From Thermodesulfobacteriota bacterium (GTDB lineage: Bacteria > Desulfobacterota > Desulfobacteria > Desulfobacterales > C00003060): a stretch of 64,000 nucleotides of DNA. The DNA is taken from the NCBI GenBank assembly GCA_034189385.1, contig JAXHVD010000004.1, positions 131,195-195,194 of the forward strand, written 5' to 3'. Positions 40,634-51,222 of the stretch are shown here, piece by piece. Under the pieces are notes generated by a model, which saw only the letters and a list, made by a program, of their open reading frames with translations, was not told where the DNA came from and did no database searches. The translations under genes were made by a program, and so were the position numbers. Position 1 is the stretch's first letter. Each line of letters starts with the position of its first letter.

Positions 40634-41443
40634 ATGACAAGACCAATGATCTTAAATGAAATTGTAGCCCATAAGCGAAAAGAGCTTGAACGTCTTAAAT
40701 CGGCAGTCCCTTTGGTTTCCCTTGAGAAACGTTTGAAGAGCCTTGAGCCCCCTCGGGGCTTTAAGGCGGCCCTTGGACAGTGGCCAGGCATTTCGTTGAT
40801 TGCCGAGATAAAGAAGGCCTCTCCCTCTGCTGGCGTGATTCGCAAAGACGTCGATCCCGTGAAAATAGCAAGGCTCTATGAAGGCTTTGGGGCTTCGGCT
40901 GTTTCCGTGGTCACTGATGAACGTTTCTTCCAGGGCACCCTTGCGAGCATGAAAAAAGTAAAGGAATCCGTTCACATCCCCGTGCTGCGAAAAGACTTCA
41001 TCATCGATCTCTATCAGATCTATGAAGCCAGGGCCTTTGGAGCAGACGCGGTCTTACTGATTGTAGCTCTTCTCTCTGATGCTCAACTGCGGGGCTTCCT
41101 TGCCCTTTGTAGAGAGCTCCATCTCGGCACCTTGATAGAAGTCCACACGAAGCCAGAGCGGGACAGGGCCATTGCAGCAGGCGCTGACGTGATAGGCATC
41201 AACAACAGAGATCTAAGGTCCTTTGCGGTAGATCTTTCCACCACCCTGAGTCTGATTCCCGGCATACCCGAGGACACCCTTTGTGTGAGTGAAAGTGGAA
41301 TTAAGACGATAGATGACATCAAGTGCCTTGAAGAGGCAGGGGTTGCTGCCGTACTGGTGGGCACTGCCTTTATGGCGGCAAAAGACATAGCGGCAAAGGT
41401 GCAGGAGCTGTTTCCCCCCAACAGATACACGGGGGGCACATGA
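40634..41443 (+). CDS. trpC: Indole-3-glycerol phosphate synthase
   Basis: IAEIKKASPS, LRKDFI, GINNRDL, SESGI. Confidence 0.96.
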   Translation: MTRPMILNEIVAHKRKELERLKSAVPLVSLEKRLKSLEPPRGFKAALGQWPGISLIAEIKKASPSAGVIRKDVDPVKIARLYEGFGASAVSVVTDERFFQGTLASMKKVKESVHIPVLRKDFIIDLYQIYEARAFGADAVLLIVALLSDAQLRGFLALCRELHLGTLIEVHTKPERDRAIAAGADVIGINNRDLRSFAVDLSTTLSLIPGIPEDTLCVSESGIKTIDDIKCLEEAGVAAVLVGTAFMAAKDIAAKVQELFPPNRYTGGT

Positions 41444-42096
41444 CAAGGGAAAGCATGTTCAATCCTGTCCCAAGAATAAAGGTTTGCGGCATTACCAGGC
41501 AAGAAGATGCTTTTTATGCCGCCAGCCTGGGAGTGGACGCCGTGGGGTTTGTCCTTGCCAAAAGCCCGCGAAGAGTGGACCCTGAAAAAGTAAGAGAGAT
41601 AACTTTGTCACTGCCCCCCCTTGTGAGCACGGTGGGTGTGGTGGTGGACATGGACCTTGAAACTCTGCGCAAAACGGCCTCCTTTTGCAGGCTCCATTGG
41701 GTGCAGCTGCATGGCCATGAATCACCGGAGTACTGCAGGGCCTTGGATGTCAACATTATTAAGGCCGTCCGGGTCAAAGACAGGGAAAGCCTAGAAGCCA
41801 TGGCTGCCTACAGGGGCTGTGTGCATGGCTTTCTTCTGGATACTTATGTGAAGGGCAAACCCGGGGGCACGGGCAGAACCTTTGACTGGGCCCTTGTCGA
41901 GGAAGCAAAAAAATACGGTCCCGTCATTCTATCTGGAGGCTTGACTGCCGAAAGGATAAGAGAGGCCATTGCCTTGGCCAAGCCCTATGGTGTCGATGTA
42001 AGCAGTGGCGTAGAATCAGCGCCTGGCGTCAAAGACCGCGAAAAGATGCGACGCTTTGTAACAGTAGTTCGATCCACTATGGGAGACATGGAATGA
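41440..42096 (+). CDS. trpF: Phosphoribosylanthranilate isomerase
   Basis: [27 protein letters not shown]. Confidence 0.96.
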   Translation: MTRESMFNPVPRIKVCGITRQEDAFYAASLGVDAVGFVLAKSPRRVDPEKVREITLSLPPLVSTVGVVVDMDLETLRKTASFCRLHWVQLHGHESPEYCRALDVNIIKAVRVKDRESLEAMAAYRGCVHGFLLDTYVKGKPGGTGRTFDWALVEEAKKYGPVILSGGLTAERIREAIALAKPYGVDVSSGVESAPGVKDREKMRRFVTVVRSTMGDME

Positions 42097-43319
42097 GAAA
42101 AAACAAGAGAGCTTACTTTGGAGAATTTGGCGGCCAATTTGTGCCGGAAACGGTCATGCCTGCCCTCTTGGAACTGGAGGAGGCATTTCAACATTACCGG
42201 AGCGACAAGGGGTTTAAAAAGACATTAGCCGCATACCTAAACCACTATGCAGGCCGCCCCACGCCGCTCTATTTTGCACAGGGGTTAACGGAGAGGCTAA
42301 GTGGCCCTCAGATATACCTGAAACGCGAGGACTTGACCCATACAGGAGCCCATAAAATCAACAACACCATCGGCCAGGTCCTGCTCGCAAAGGCCATGGG
42401 AAAAGAGCGCATCATCGCAGAGACGGGAGCGGGCCAGCATGGTGTTGCCACAGCCACGGCCGCTACCCTTTTTGGGCTGTCCTGCGCCGTGTACATGGGT
42501 GAAACGGACATTGAGCGTCAGGCCATTAATGTCATGCGGATGAAATTGCTGGGCGCTGAGGTCATCCCTGTGCTTTCAGGAAGTCGAACCCTGAAAGACG
42601 CCATCAATGAGGCCCTCAGGGACTGGGTGACCAACATATCTGACACCCACTATGTGATCGGCTCGGTAGTTGGCCCTCACCCCTATCCTACCATCGTGCG
42701 GGAGTTTCAGTCGGTTATTGGCAAAGAGACCAAAAAACAGATGAAGAAGGCCACAGGGCGCCTGCCAGATGTCCTCGTGGCCTGCGTGGGCGGAGGAAGT
42801 AATGCCATGGGCCTTTTTGCCCCCTTCGCTAAAGACGCTGTGCGCCTCATCGGTGTGGAGGCCGCAGGCGATGGGATCGACAGCCACAGACACTCGGCCA
42901 CGCTGTGTGCAGGCCATGTGGGCATCTTACACGGAGCAAAGAGCTATCTCCTTCAAACCCTGGGAGGTCAGATCTCAGAGGCCCACTCGGTGGCCCCCGG
43001 CCTTGACTATCCAGGGGTTGGACCGGAGCACAGCTCTCTGAAGGAGACCCTTAGGGCCGAATATATCTCTGTGACAGATGAAGAGGCCCTAGAGGCCTTT
43101 CAACTTCTTTCCACAACAGATGGAATCATACCGGCTCTGGAAAGTGCCCACGCCATAGCCGGGGTGTGCAAACACGTATCGGAGTTTAGGCCAAAGGATA
43201 TTGTCGTCATCAACCTCTCCGGTCGGGGAGACAAGGATTTGGACATCGTTGCACAGTATCTGGCGGAATCATCAGAAGACTCACCCACACCACCACACCT
43301 AAAGGATGAAAGGCCATGA
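42093..43319 (+). CDS. trpB: Tryptophan synthase beta chain
   Basis: [36 protein letters not shown]. Confidence 0.97.
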   Translation: MRKNKRAYFGEFGGQFVPETVMPALLELEEAFQHYRSDKGFKKTLAAYLNHYAGRPTPLYFAQGLTERLSGPQIYLKREDLTHTGAHKINNTIGQVLLAKAMGKERIIAETGAGQHGVATATAATLFGLSCAVYMGETDIERQAINVMRMKLLGAEVIPVLSGSRTLKDAINEALRDWVTNISDTHYVIGSVVGPHPYPTIVREFQSVIGKETKKQMKKATGRLPDVLVACVGGGSNAMGLFAPFAKDAVRLIGVEAAGDGIDSHRHSATLCAGHVGILHGAKSYLLQTLGGQISEAHSVAPGLDYPGVGPEHSSLKETLRAEYISVTDEEALEAFQLLSTTDGIIPALESAHAIAGVCKHVSEFRPKDIVVINLSGRGDKDLDIVAQYLAESSEDSPTPPHLKDERP

Positions 43320-44110
43320 ACAGAATAGATCACCTTTTTGAGACCTTGCGAGCCAAAGAAAAGACAGCCCTTATGCCCTTTCTCGTCGCTGGGGACCCGA
43401 CCATAGCCCACACTGCTGATCTAATTAGGGCCGTAGAACAGGCCGGTGCAGACATCATAGAGCTGGGAGTACCCTTCTCAGACCCCATCGCAGATGGGCC
43501 TACCATACAGGCCGCAAGTCAGCGGGCCCTTGCATCGGGGGCAACCTTGGGAAGGGCCCTGGATATAGTCCATGACCTTAGAAAAGACGTCCATCTCCCC
43601 ATCGTCTTGATGTGTTATTACAATCTTCTCTACCAGTACCCTTTGGAAAGATTTGCGCAGCAGGCGGCAGCGGCAGGTATTGACGGAGTCATCGTCCCGG
43701 ACCTCCCCCCTGAAGAGGCAGATCCCTGGCGGCGGGTAGCGAAGAGGACAAAAATTCACACCATATTCCTGGTCACGCCCACTACTCCCCTCCACCGGGT
43801 CAAGGCGATCGACAGGCTGAGTAACGGTTTCTTGTACTATGTGTCCGTCACCGGCGTCACCGGCGCCAGAGACGATCTGCCCCAAGATCTTGCCGTTGCC
43901 CTGGACCGGACACGCAGGGAGGTCCGCAATCCCTTGGCCGTTGGCTTTGGCATTGGGGCAGCTTCTCAGGTGGCTGCCTTGGCCCCTCATACAGACGGCA
44001 TTATTGTAGGAAGTGCCCTGGTCAAAGTGATTGAACAGCACCGGAAAACCAGCACCTTGCTTCATCGGGTCAGCAGTTTCATCAAAGACCTAAAAAGGCC
44101 TCTCTTGTAA
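43316..44110 (+). CDS. trpA: Tryptophan synthase alpha chain
   Basis: [27 protein letters not shown]. Confidence 0.97.
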   Translation: MNRIDHLFETLRAKEKTALMPFLVAGDPTIAHTADLIRAVEQAGADIIELGVPFSDPIADGPTIQAASQRALASGATLGRALDIVHDLRKDVHLPIVLMCYYNLLYQYPLERFAQQAAAAGIDGVIVPDLPPEEADPWRRVAKRTKIHTIFLVTPTTPLHRVKAIDRLSNGFLYYVSVTGVTGARDDLPQDLAVALDRTRREVRNPLAVGFGIGAASQVAALAPHTDGIIVGSALVKVIEQHRKTSTLLHRVSSFIKDLKRPLL

Positions 44111-44305
44111 AGATGACACCTTCACCCCCTTTCCTTTACCCCTGGAAAGAGTACAGTAACGAGTCAATGTCCTCTCGTCCGATGACGGATAAGGGCTAAC
44201 GGTGAGCAACTCCTCTGCCATAAGTCTAGTTGACCCTGTATAGCCTTTTTGTTACACTTTCATATTGAAGGGCCTTTCGCCCGGGAAGCTGGACAAGAAG
44301 GTAGA

Positions 44306-44746
44306 ATGCAGATGCGTATTTGTGTGATCGACGGTCAGGGTGGCGGCATAGGAAGTGCTATCATCAGAAAGCTCAAAGATGCCTTCAAAGAATCCGTAGA
44401 CATCATCGCTCTTGGAACCAATGCCGTGGCCACCGCCCAAATGCTTAAGGCCAGGGCGAATCGAGGCGCTTCGGGCGAAAACGCCATCGTCCGCACAGCT
44501 GCTCAGGCTGACGTCATTGTCGGTCCCATAGGAATTGTCCTGGCCCATGCCATGATGGGTGAGGTGACACCCCCCGTGGCTCAGGCTGTAGCGGAAAGCC
44601 CTGCCAGAAAATTCCTGATTCCCCTTACCCAGGAAAATGTTGAGATTGTGGGATGCCCCCAGGCACCGCTGCCACCGCTGGTGGAGCAATTGATTGAAAA
44701 ACACCTCAAGGCGCTGATAGGGGAAAAGAATGAGGGCCCCCTTTGA
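44306..44746 (+). CDS. DUF3842-like protein
   Basis: VIDGQGGGIG, LGTNAVAT, GASGENA. Confidence 0.8.
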   Translation: MQMRICVIDGQGGGIGSAIIRKLKDAFKESVDIIALGTNAVATAQMLKARANRGASGENAIVRTAAQADVIVGPIGIVLAHAMMGEVTPPVAQAVAESPARKFLIPLTQENVEIVGCPQAPLPPLVEQLIEKHLKALIGEKNEGPL

Positions 44747-46467
44747 GAATCAAGCTCGCCAAAACCGCTGGCTTTTGCATGGGCGTGCGCAGGGCCGTTG
44801 AAATCGTCCTGGATGTTGCCAACAGCCAGGAGGGCCCCATCTATACCTTCGGCCCCCTGATACACAATCCCCAGGTTTTAGAGATCCTTGCGGAAAAGGG
44901 TGTTTCCATTCTAGAGGACCTGTCAGTGAAAGGGCCCGGCAGCGTTGTGATCAGGGCCCATGGGGTCCCACCGCAGATCAAGCAGGCCCTTTCCGATTCC
45001 GGGCTCACTGTTATCGACGCCACCTGTCCCAGGGTGGTCAAGGTCCAAACCATCATTGCAAAATATGCCAAACAGGGCTATGGGGTTATCATCGTAGGCG
45101 ACAGGGACCATCCTGAGGTAACGGGCCTGCTGGGATATGCCAACGGCCAAGGCCACGTCCTTTCCTGTCTTGAAGACGTGGATCGACTCCCATCCCTCGA
45201 ACGGGCCATTGTGGTCGCCCAGACCACCCAGGACGGACGGTTCTTTAATGCCGTAGCCCACACCATCAGAGAACACTTTTCCCATTTCAAGTTGTTTGAC
45301 ACGATCTGTGATTCAACACACAGACGCCAGGCTGAAGTTAGGAATATGGCAAAGAGTGTAGACGCAGTGGTGGTAGTGGGGGGGCGCAACAGCGGCAACA
45401 CCCAGAGGCTGGCTCAGGTCGTTGAGCAGGAAGGGGTGCCGGCCTTTCACGTGGAAAGGGAGGAGGAACTGGACCGGAAGGCCATAGAGCCCTTGCAGGC
45501 CGTGGCCGTCACGGCCGGGGCGTCCACCCCGAACTGGGTCATCAAGAAAGTGTGCCGGACCCTGGAGGGCCTTACAAAGAAGAAATGGTGGAGAGTCATC
45601 TTCAGGATCCAGCGCTGGCTTCTTCTGAGCAATCTGTACCTGGCACTGGGGGCAGGCTGTCTCAGCTATACATGTGCCCTGCTGTCAGGAATCAGGCCAA
45701 GCCTGCCGTCGGCCATCATGGCGGCCTGTTATGTCCTTTCCATGCACATACTCAACAACTTCATCGGCAAGGAGGCCGTCCGTTACAATGACCCGGACCG
45801 GGCCCACTTCTACGAATACAACCGTGGCATCCTTTTGAGCTTGGCGGCCCTTTCAGGGGCAGGAGGGCTTTTCACAGCATTTACTCTGGGGCTGGTCCCT
45901 TTTTTTGTCCTCTGTATCATCAGCCTCCTCGGACTGTTGTACAAGGTGAAGCTCTTTCCCCGCCCCCTTCACATGGGAAGACACATCGAAGGGATCAGCG
46001 ACATCCCGGGCTCCAAAACCGTGTTGATTGCCCTGGCGTGGGGGGTGGTCACGGTGGTTCTCCCTCACCTTTCCATATCGCTGACCATGACCGCGACGAT
46101 GATCGTTGTCTCTCTTTGGGCTGCTCTCATAGCCTTTGTTAGAACAGCCTTCTTTGACATCCTGGACATGCAGGGCGACCGCATCGTGGGACAAGAGAGT
46201 CTTCCTATTCTCTTGGGAGACAGAAAGACGCTACGGCTATTAAAACAGCTTTTGACCCTCTCTTTGGCCCTTCTCGTCGTAGCGCCCTTGGCACAGGTGG
46301 CCACTGGTTTGGCTTATTACTTGGTCCTTTCAGTGTTCTATATGGCAGGCGTTATTGGGGCCTTTGAAAAAGATTGGATCGTACCTGGTTTCAGGTTTGA
46401 ATTTCTAGTTGAGACCATTTTCGTCTTCACTGCAGGGGTATCCCTCCTGTGGCAACTCTTCACCTGA
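44743..46467 (+). CDS. ispH: IspH (HMBPP reductase) fused to a UbiA-like membrane domain
   Basis: GFCMGVRRA, DATCP, TICDST, TAGASTP; C-terminal TM helices with DILDMQGDRIVG. Confidence 0.88.
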   Translation: MRIKLAKTAGFCMGVRRAVEIVLDVANSQEGPIYTFGPLIHNPQVLEILAEKGVSILEDLSVKGPGSVVIRAHGVPPQIKQALSDSGLTVIDATCPRVVKVQTIIAKYAKQGYGVIIVGDRDHPEVTGLLGYANGQGHVLSCLEDVDRLPSLERAIVVAQTTQDGRFFNAVAHTIREHFSHFKLFDTICDSTHRRQAEVRNMAKSVDAVVVVGGRNSGNTQRLAQVVEQEGVPAFHVEREEELDRKAIEPLQAVAVTAGASTPNWVIKKVCRTLEGLTKKKWWRVIFRIQRWLLLSNLYLALGAGCLSYTCALLSGIRPSLPSAIMAACYVLSMHILNNFIGKEAVRYNDPDRAHFYEYNRGILLSLAALSGAGGLFTAFTLGLVPFFVLCIISLLGLLYKVKLFPRPLHMGRHIEGISDIPGSKTVLIALAWGVVTVVLPHLSISLTMTATMIVVSLWAALIAFVRTAFFDILDMQGDRIVGQESLPILLGDRKTLRLLKQLLTLSLALLVVAPLAQVATGLAYYLVLSVFYMAGVIGAFEKDWIVPGFRFEFLVETIFVFTAGVSLLWQLFT

Positions 46468-46532
46468 ACCTATTCACACCAGCAGCATAAGGTGGTCGGC
46501 GAATGATCCGTCCCCAGCCCTAAACAAGAGCC

Positions 46533-46733
46533 ATGTCAATCCGTATGATCGCTCAAGAGCTCTACCGCCTCGAGAAAGAGGTAGAAAAGATGGAAGAACA
46601 GTGCCAATCTGCGCCTTTCCAAGATCGGGAATCCATCAAGGAACGTCTGAGGCAAGTCAAAGCCGAACGGAACCGTATGAGAAGGGCCCTTGATGGCGCC
46701 AAGGAGCCGCCGCCATTCCGTCAGCCCACGTAG
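46533..46733 (+). CDS. Small coiled-coil hypothetical protein
   Basis: Heptad-rich 66-aa ORF downstream of ispH. Confidence 0.6.
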   Translation: MSIRMIAQELYRLEKEVEKMEEQCQSAPFQDRESIKERLRQVKAERNRMRRALDGAKEPPPFRQPT

Positions 46734-46937
46734 AGATTGGACGTCCTGCCCAAAGACCCGCTGGCAACGTCCCCACCCATGATGACCTTTGCAGAACTCT
46801 TTCGAGGATTCGCTGTGGGCTTTTGGTGGTCCTGTTGGGCTACGGTGGGAGGTCCGGCCCTGGCGGTTCAAAAGGATCCAGGACCAATCAAGAAAGTTGT
46901 ACAGATGTCTCACGTCTTTTTCAGGACAAGTACCTGA

Positions 46938-47567
46938 TCACATCCGAAGGGCCAGACACAAGCCATCCTTCTCAGGAGAATGAAAGGGAAGAAAAGAAAG
47001 CAAGTGCACGGCCCTCCATTGGGAACTCTCAGACAGGGCGCCGTTGAAATCATCTGCCCCCTGGAACCCCACGTTGTCAGCCACGAGGAGCCCTCCACGC
47101 CTGAGGAGGCGGTGGCAATGGGATAAGGCAGGAAGATACTCCTCTTTATCGATGTCCATGAAGACCATATCGAATGGCCCGCGCATCTTTTCCAATTCCC
47201 CCAGGGCGTCTCCCGCAATGACCTCAATGAACCCGTCCAGTCCTGCTCTCTTGAAATTTGCCATCGCCCTTTTTGCCATGGCTTTGTCTTTTTCAAGGGT
47301 CACCAAACGTCCCCTTTTCTCTTTACAAGCCCTTCCGAGGTAGATGCCAGAGTATCCAGTGGCCGTTCCCAGTTCAAGGACAACGCCTGCGTCCACGGCA
47401 CGGGCCAGCACATAGAGTAGCTCGCCAACCACTGGGCCAATAATGGGAATTCTCTCATGCCTGGCCTCTTCTTCCAGTTCCTTCAAGAGCCGATCCCTGG
47501 CCGGGGCCAGTTTTCTAAAGGCTTCCTCCAGATCTGGAATCATCTTGGACATCCGTCCCTCCTGCAC
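46938..47567 (-). CDS. O-methyltransferase (caffeoyl-CoA OMT-like)
   Basis: LELGTATGYS, FDMVFMDIDK, VADNV. Confidence 0.9.
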   Translation of the reverse strand: MQEGRMSKMIPDLEEAFRKLAPARDRLLKELEEEARHERIPIIGPVVGELLYVLARAVDAGVVLELGTATGYSGIYLGRACKEKRGRLVTLEKDKAMAKRAMANFKRAGLDGFIEVIAGDALGELEKMRGPFDMVFMDIDKEEYLPALSHCHRLLRRGGLLVADNVGFQGADDFNGALSESSQWRAVHLLSFLPFHSPEKDGLCLALRM

Positions 47568-47590
47568 TCAGCCTGTCAGCTCTTGTTGGT

Positions 47591-47896
47591 CTACTTCTTC
47601 CCCCAAACGGGGTCCATCCCGAAGCGCTCGAACCACCAGTCCTCATCTGAGAGATGATTTCTCACTTCTTCTTCAGAGAAACAGTATTTGTAATTACTAC
47701 AATAGTCGATAATCATTCTGTACGCATCTACAATCTTGATGGTCATCTCTGTGCACGCCTCTCTTGGTTGCTTACTTCTATCAGGGTGCCATTTCCTGAG
47801 AAGCGCTCTGTAATGGGATTGAATCTCTTCCATGGTTGCACGTTCCGGCAATGCAAGTAGCTCCCGTGCCTTGGCAATTTCTTCATGTTTTTTCAT
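47591..47896 (-). CDS. Small J-domain protein
   Basis: KWHPD motif. Confidence 0.85.
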   Translation of the reverse strand: MKKHEEIAKARELLALPERATMEEIQSHYRALLRKWHPDRSKQPREACTEMTIKIVDAYRMIIDYCSNYKYCFSEEEVRNHLSDEDWWFERFGMDPVWGKK

Positions 47897-48151
47897 GGGT
47901 GGGTCCCTCTCATTTTATGAGCCATCGTAGCGGCTCAAAAAAGACAAAAGTTGTCTTTTTCTCCCTGGCCTGCTTTCGACCCTCATCAGGAAACTGCGAA
48001 ACAGTATCTCTCCCGAGCCCCATTTCCCAACTCCTGATTTGGTAAAGGACTATAAGAGAAAGGGCGGGCGGCGTAAAGAAAAAAAGCCACGGGAAGCCAG
48101 TACGGTCCTGGAGGTCTGAAAATCGTTTCAAAAAATGATGAGTCATGTGGT

Positions 48152-49825
48152 ATGAAAAAAAGATATGGTTCTGATTTAAAGGATCCCTTTATGACAGACT
48201 ATCTACAGGCAGTAGCCTCCAGCTATTTTGATTATGTGGCCAAGTCCTTTCCGGTCATGTGCTCTAGTGACGAGTTCCACTTCGTCCCACGAGCAGAGAG
48301 AGCCGGCCAGTATTACGACCGTCTGGAGAATCTGGATTCAGATGCCATCACCGACTACATTGCTACGCTCAAGGCCTTTCAAAGGAAGTTTGATCGGCTG
48401 ATAGCGCAGGAGAATGATTTTGAAAGGCTCACCGATCTTGAACTCCTGAAGGCCAGCATAGGCGGGATTTTGATAGAATTAGACATGAAGGCGTCGTGGC
48501 GCCATAATCCATTGCTCTATCTAAAAACTGCCTTCATAGGCCTCGATTATGCCCTCACAAAGCCTGCCGGTGGACCCGAGGAGCGGGACAGAAGGGCATG
48601 TGCCCGATTGGAAGCCATCCCCAGGCTGCTGGAGCAGGGAATCAGAAACATCGACAGCGTACCCAAGACGTATCATCGGGCCTCCGTAGCCATGGTGTCT
48701 GATTGCCAGTGCTATCTCAGGCAAACAGGCGAGCGTTTGATCCATTTTACAAGTGGTGTGGCAAAGGCCTCGTCTGCCTTAGATGCCTTTGGTGCGTTTT
48801 TGGGGGCACTGACTCCTCTGGCAGACCAGGAAGTGGCCGCTTCATCTCTGGAGGTCACTTTAAAAGACCATTTCCTCTCCAACCGCACCCTGCCGGAGAT
48901 ATTTGAGATTGCAGTGGAAGAATGGCACGAAAACGAAGGGGAACTCAACAAGCTTCAGAAGCGTATTGATCCCGACAAATCCTGGAAAGAGTTGTATGGC
49001 ACCTACACCCCTTCTGGTGTGGCGGCATTAGACACTGCTTCACTTTATGAAGGTGAAATTGAAAAACTGGGTTCTTTCTTTCGGGCAAACGGTTTCGGTG
49101 AGGTTGATATGACCTCTCCCTTGGAACTCTGCGACACACCGACCTATCTCCAATCTGTACGCAGTGCGGCCTCTTTCAGCGCCGCCCTTTGCGCAGACCC
49201 AAGAGAGAAGGACCTATTCTATATGACCATGCACCTCCCACGGCAAAAGGGACAGCAAGCCGGTGCCCTGCTTAAGAAAAGGCTTCACCGGGAATACAAA
49301 TTTCTTTCTGCCCATGAGACCATTCCGGGGCACCACCTGCTCGACAGCCTTCGAAGGAAATCAGAAAACCCCATACGGCGTCAAATCGAATCAGCCCTTT
49401 TTTACGAGGGCTGGGCCTATTATGCTGAGACACTCTTGACTGAGTGTGGCTACGTGGAAAGTCCCGTAGAGTTTTTGGTGGATCACAAACGGAGGTTGTG
49501 GAGGGCCGCTCGATGTCAAGTAGACGTAGGCCTGGCCACTGGAAAGCTCGCCAGAAAAGATGCTGTAGAACTGGTCATATCTGCCGGATTTACCTCGAAA
49601 GAAGCCGAAAGCCAAATAGACCGCTTCCGATTGAATCCAGGATATCAATTATGCTACACCTTGGGCCGTTATGAAATCATGAGACTAAGAAAGACCTACG
49701 GCGCCCGATGGGGTCTGGACCGGTTTCACAGACAACTGCTGAAGGGGGGAGAGATCCCCTTTCATCTTATTGAGAAACGATTCAAAAATCAGGACCTGAC
49801 GGACGCGAAAGGCGACAAGGAGTAA
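48152..49825 (+). CDS. DUF885 family putative metallopeptidase
   Basis: HETIPGHH and YEGWAYYAE motifs; no evident signal peptide. Confidence 0.85.
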   Translation: MKKRYGSDLKDPFMTDYLQAVASSYFDYVAKSFPVMCSSDEFHFVPRAERAGQYYDRLENLDSDAITDYIATLKAFQRKFDRLIAQENDFERLTDLELLKASIGGILIELDMKASWRHNPLLYLKTAFIGLDYALTKPAGGPEERDRRACARLEAIPRLLEQGIRNIDSVPKTYHRASVAMVSDCQCYLRQTGERLIHFTSGVAKASSALDAFGAFLGALTPLADQEVAASSLEVTLKDHFLSNRTLPEIFEIAVEEWHENEGELNKLQKRIDPDKSWKELYGTYTPSGVAALDTASLYEGEIEKLGSFFRANGFGEVDMTSPLELCDTPTYLQSVRSAASFSAALCADPREKDLFYMTMHLPRQKGQQAGALLKKRLHREYKFLSAHETIPGHHLLDSLRRKSENPIRRQIESALFYEGWAYYAETLLTECGYVESPVEFLVDHKRRLWRAARCQVDVGLATGKLARKDAVELVISAGFTSKEAESQIDRFRLNPGYQLCYTLGRYEIMRLRKTYGARWGLDRFHRQLLKGGEIPFHLIEKRFKNQDLTDAKGDKE

Positions 49826-49828
49826 AAA

Positions 49829-51217
49829 GTGATAGATTTTGTTGGATACCACTCAGAATGGAACCTGGGTAGCCCAGGAGGATGGGACTACCAGCGCATT
49901 ACCCAAGTCATCGGAAAGGCTGTGTGGCAAAAGCTCAATGGAATTCTGCCCATTAAAGTGGATCTGGACTTTGATCACCCCCTGCTCTTTCCGGTGTATG
50001 GATTCGTGGACATGCTCGTGGAGGCCCATAGGGCGCGCGAGGCCAACGATCAGGGGCTCATTGCAGTCGTGGCAGAGGAGGAGACCTTAGAAAGCGTAAC
50101 AGAAAACCGGAACCTGGCCGAACACCTTGATCGCGTGGACGGCATTTCAGGTTCCTTGATGGCTCCCCATGACCTGGAACTGTACAAGGGCCGGGTCTGT
50201 TGGAAAGGGCAGCCCGTTTCTGTCATCTTCATGGACTTTAACACGGACGTGCTCTTGGCTGAGCACCGCAAGCACAATCTAAAGGCCCTTTTACAGGCAG
50301 TGAGAGAAAAGCGGGTCATTAACCCCCGGGGCACAGAACCGATTAATGTGAAGAGCATGTTTGAAGTGATGACCGATGCCCAGGGCCATCGGTTCGACGA
50401 GGAAGTGGTGGCACGGACCCCATGGACCCGTCAATTCTACGAACGCAGAACCACAGGGCCCAAGGGTGAAGCCATTGACAATCTAATTGAGTGGACCCGC
50501 TCTCACTGGGACGACCTGGTCTTAAAACCTGAGCGGGGCTATTCCGGTAAAGGGGTCCAAGTAGGCAAGGTCAACAAAAACGCAGACAAGGCCGTGAGTC
50601 TGGCCCTTGAAGAGGGACATTACATCGTCCAGGAAAAGATCCCTCTTCATCTCTGGGCGGAAGAGATTCCCACTTTGAATCAAGAAGAGGGCCGCATCAT
50701 TTTGGAGCGCTATCAGACAGATTTCCGCTGTCTCATGGGACCGAAAGGCCTGTTCGGATTCTTGTGCAGATTTGGCGGGGTGCCAACGAACGTGGGAAGT
50801 GGCGGCGGGGTGCAGCCCCTGGGTCTGCTCCGTTCAGATATGAACGTACGGGAGGCAGTGGCCCGAATCAACGAGGCTATTATGGATATGGCTTACGAGG
50901 ACGTATCTGAGGTGGTTGAGGTACAAAAGGACATGGCCATGGACCACAAGTTCACCTATTTACTTGGCCCGATCAAGCTGGCGCTGAGGCCTAGGGTGAT
51001 TACCATGTCTCAGCTCCGTTCCCTGGAAAGGTATTGTGCTGCCATGTGGAAGGACTGCCTCACCTTGGAGAAGATGTGGCTGTCAGGGGAACTAAACGAC
51101 ATCGTTAAGATCGAAGAAGATGAGCTTGAGATCGCCAGGATGCAGCCATGGGGTGGGTCCCCCGCCATCTTCGCTTCAGACGGTCTATTCGGTTTTGGAA
51201 GCCATCCCGAGGAATAG
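49829..51217 (+). CDS. ATP-grasp-like amide ligase (circularly permuted type)
   Basis: EWNLGSPGG, VLKPERGYSGKGVQVG, YIVQEKI, DFR, TNVGSGGG. Confidence 0.7.
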   Translation: MIDFVGYHSEWNLGSPGGWDYQRITQVIGKAVWQKLNGILPIKVDLDFDHPLLFPVYGFVDMLVEAHRAREANDQGLIAVVAEEETLESVTENRNLAEHLDRVDGISGSLMAPHDLELYKGRVCWKGQPVSVIFMDFNTDVLLAEHRKHNLKALLQAVREKRVINPRGTEPINVKSMFEVMTDAQGHRFDEEVVARTPWTRQFYERRTTGPKGEAIDNLIEWTRSHWDDLVLKPERGYSGKGVQVGKVNKNADKAVSLALEEGHYIVQEKIPLHLWAEEIPTLNQEEGRIILERYQTDFRCLMGPKGLFGFLCRFGGVPTNVGSGGGVQPLGLLRSDMNVREAVARINEAIMDMAYEDVSEVVEVQKDMAMDHKFTYLLGPIKLALRPRVITMSQLRSLERYCAAMWKDCLTLEKMWLSGELNDIVKIEEDELEIARMQPWGGSPAIFASDGLFGFGSHPEE

Positions 51218-51222
51218 AGACG

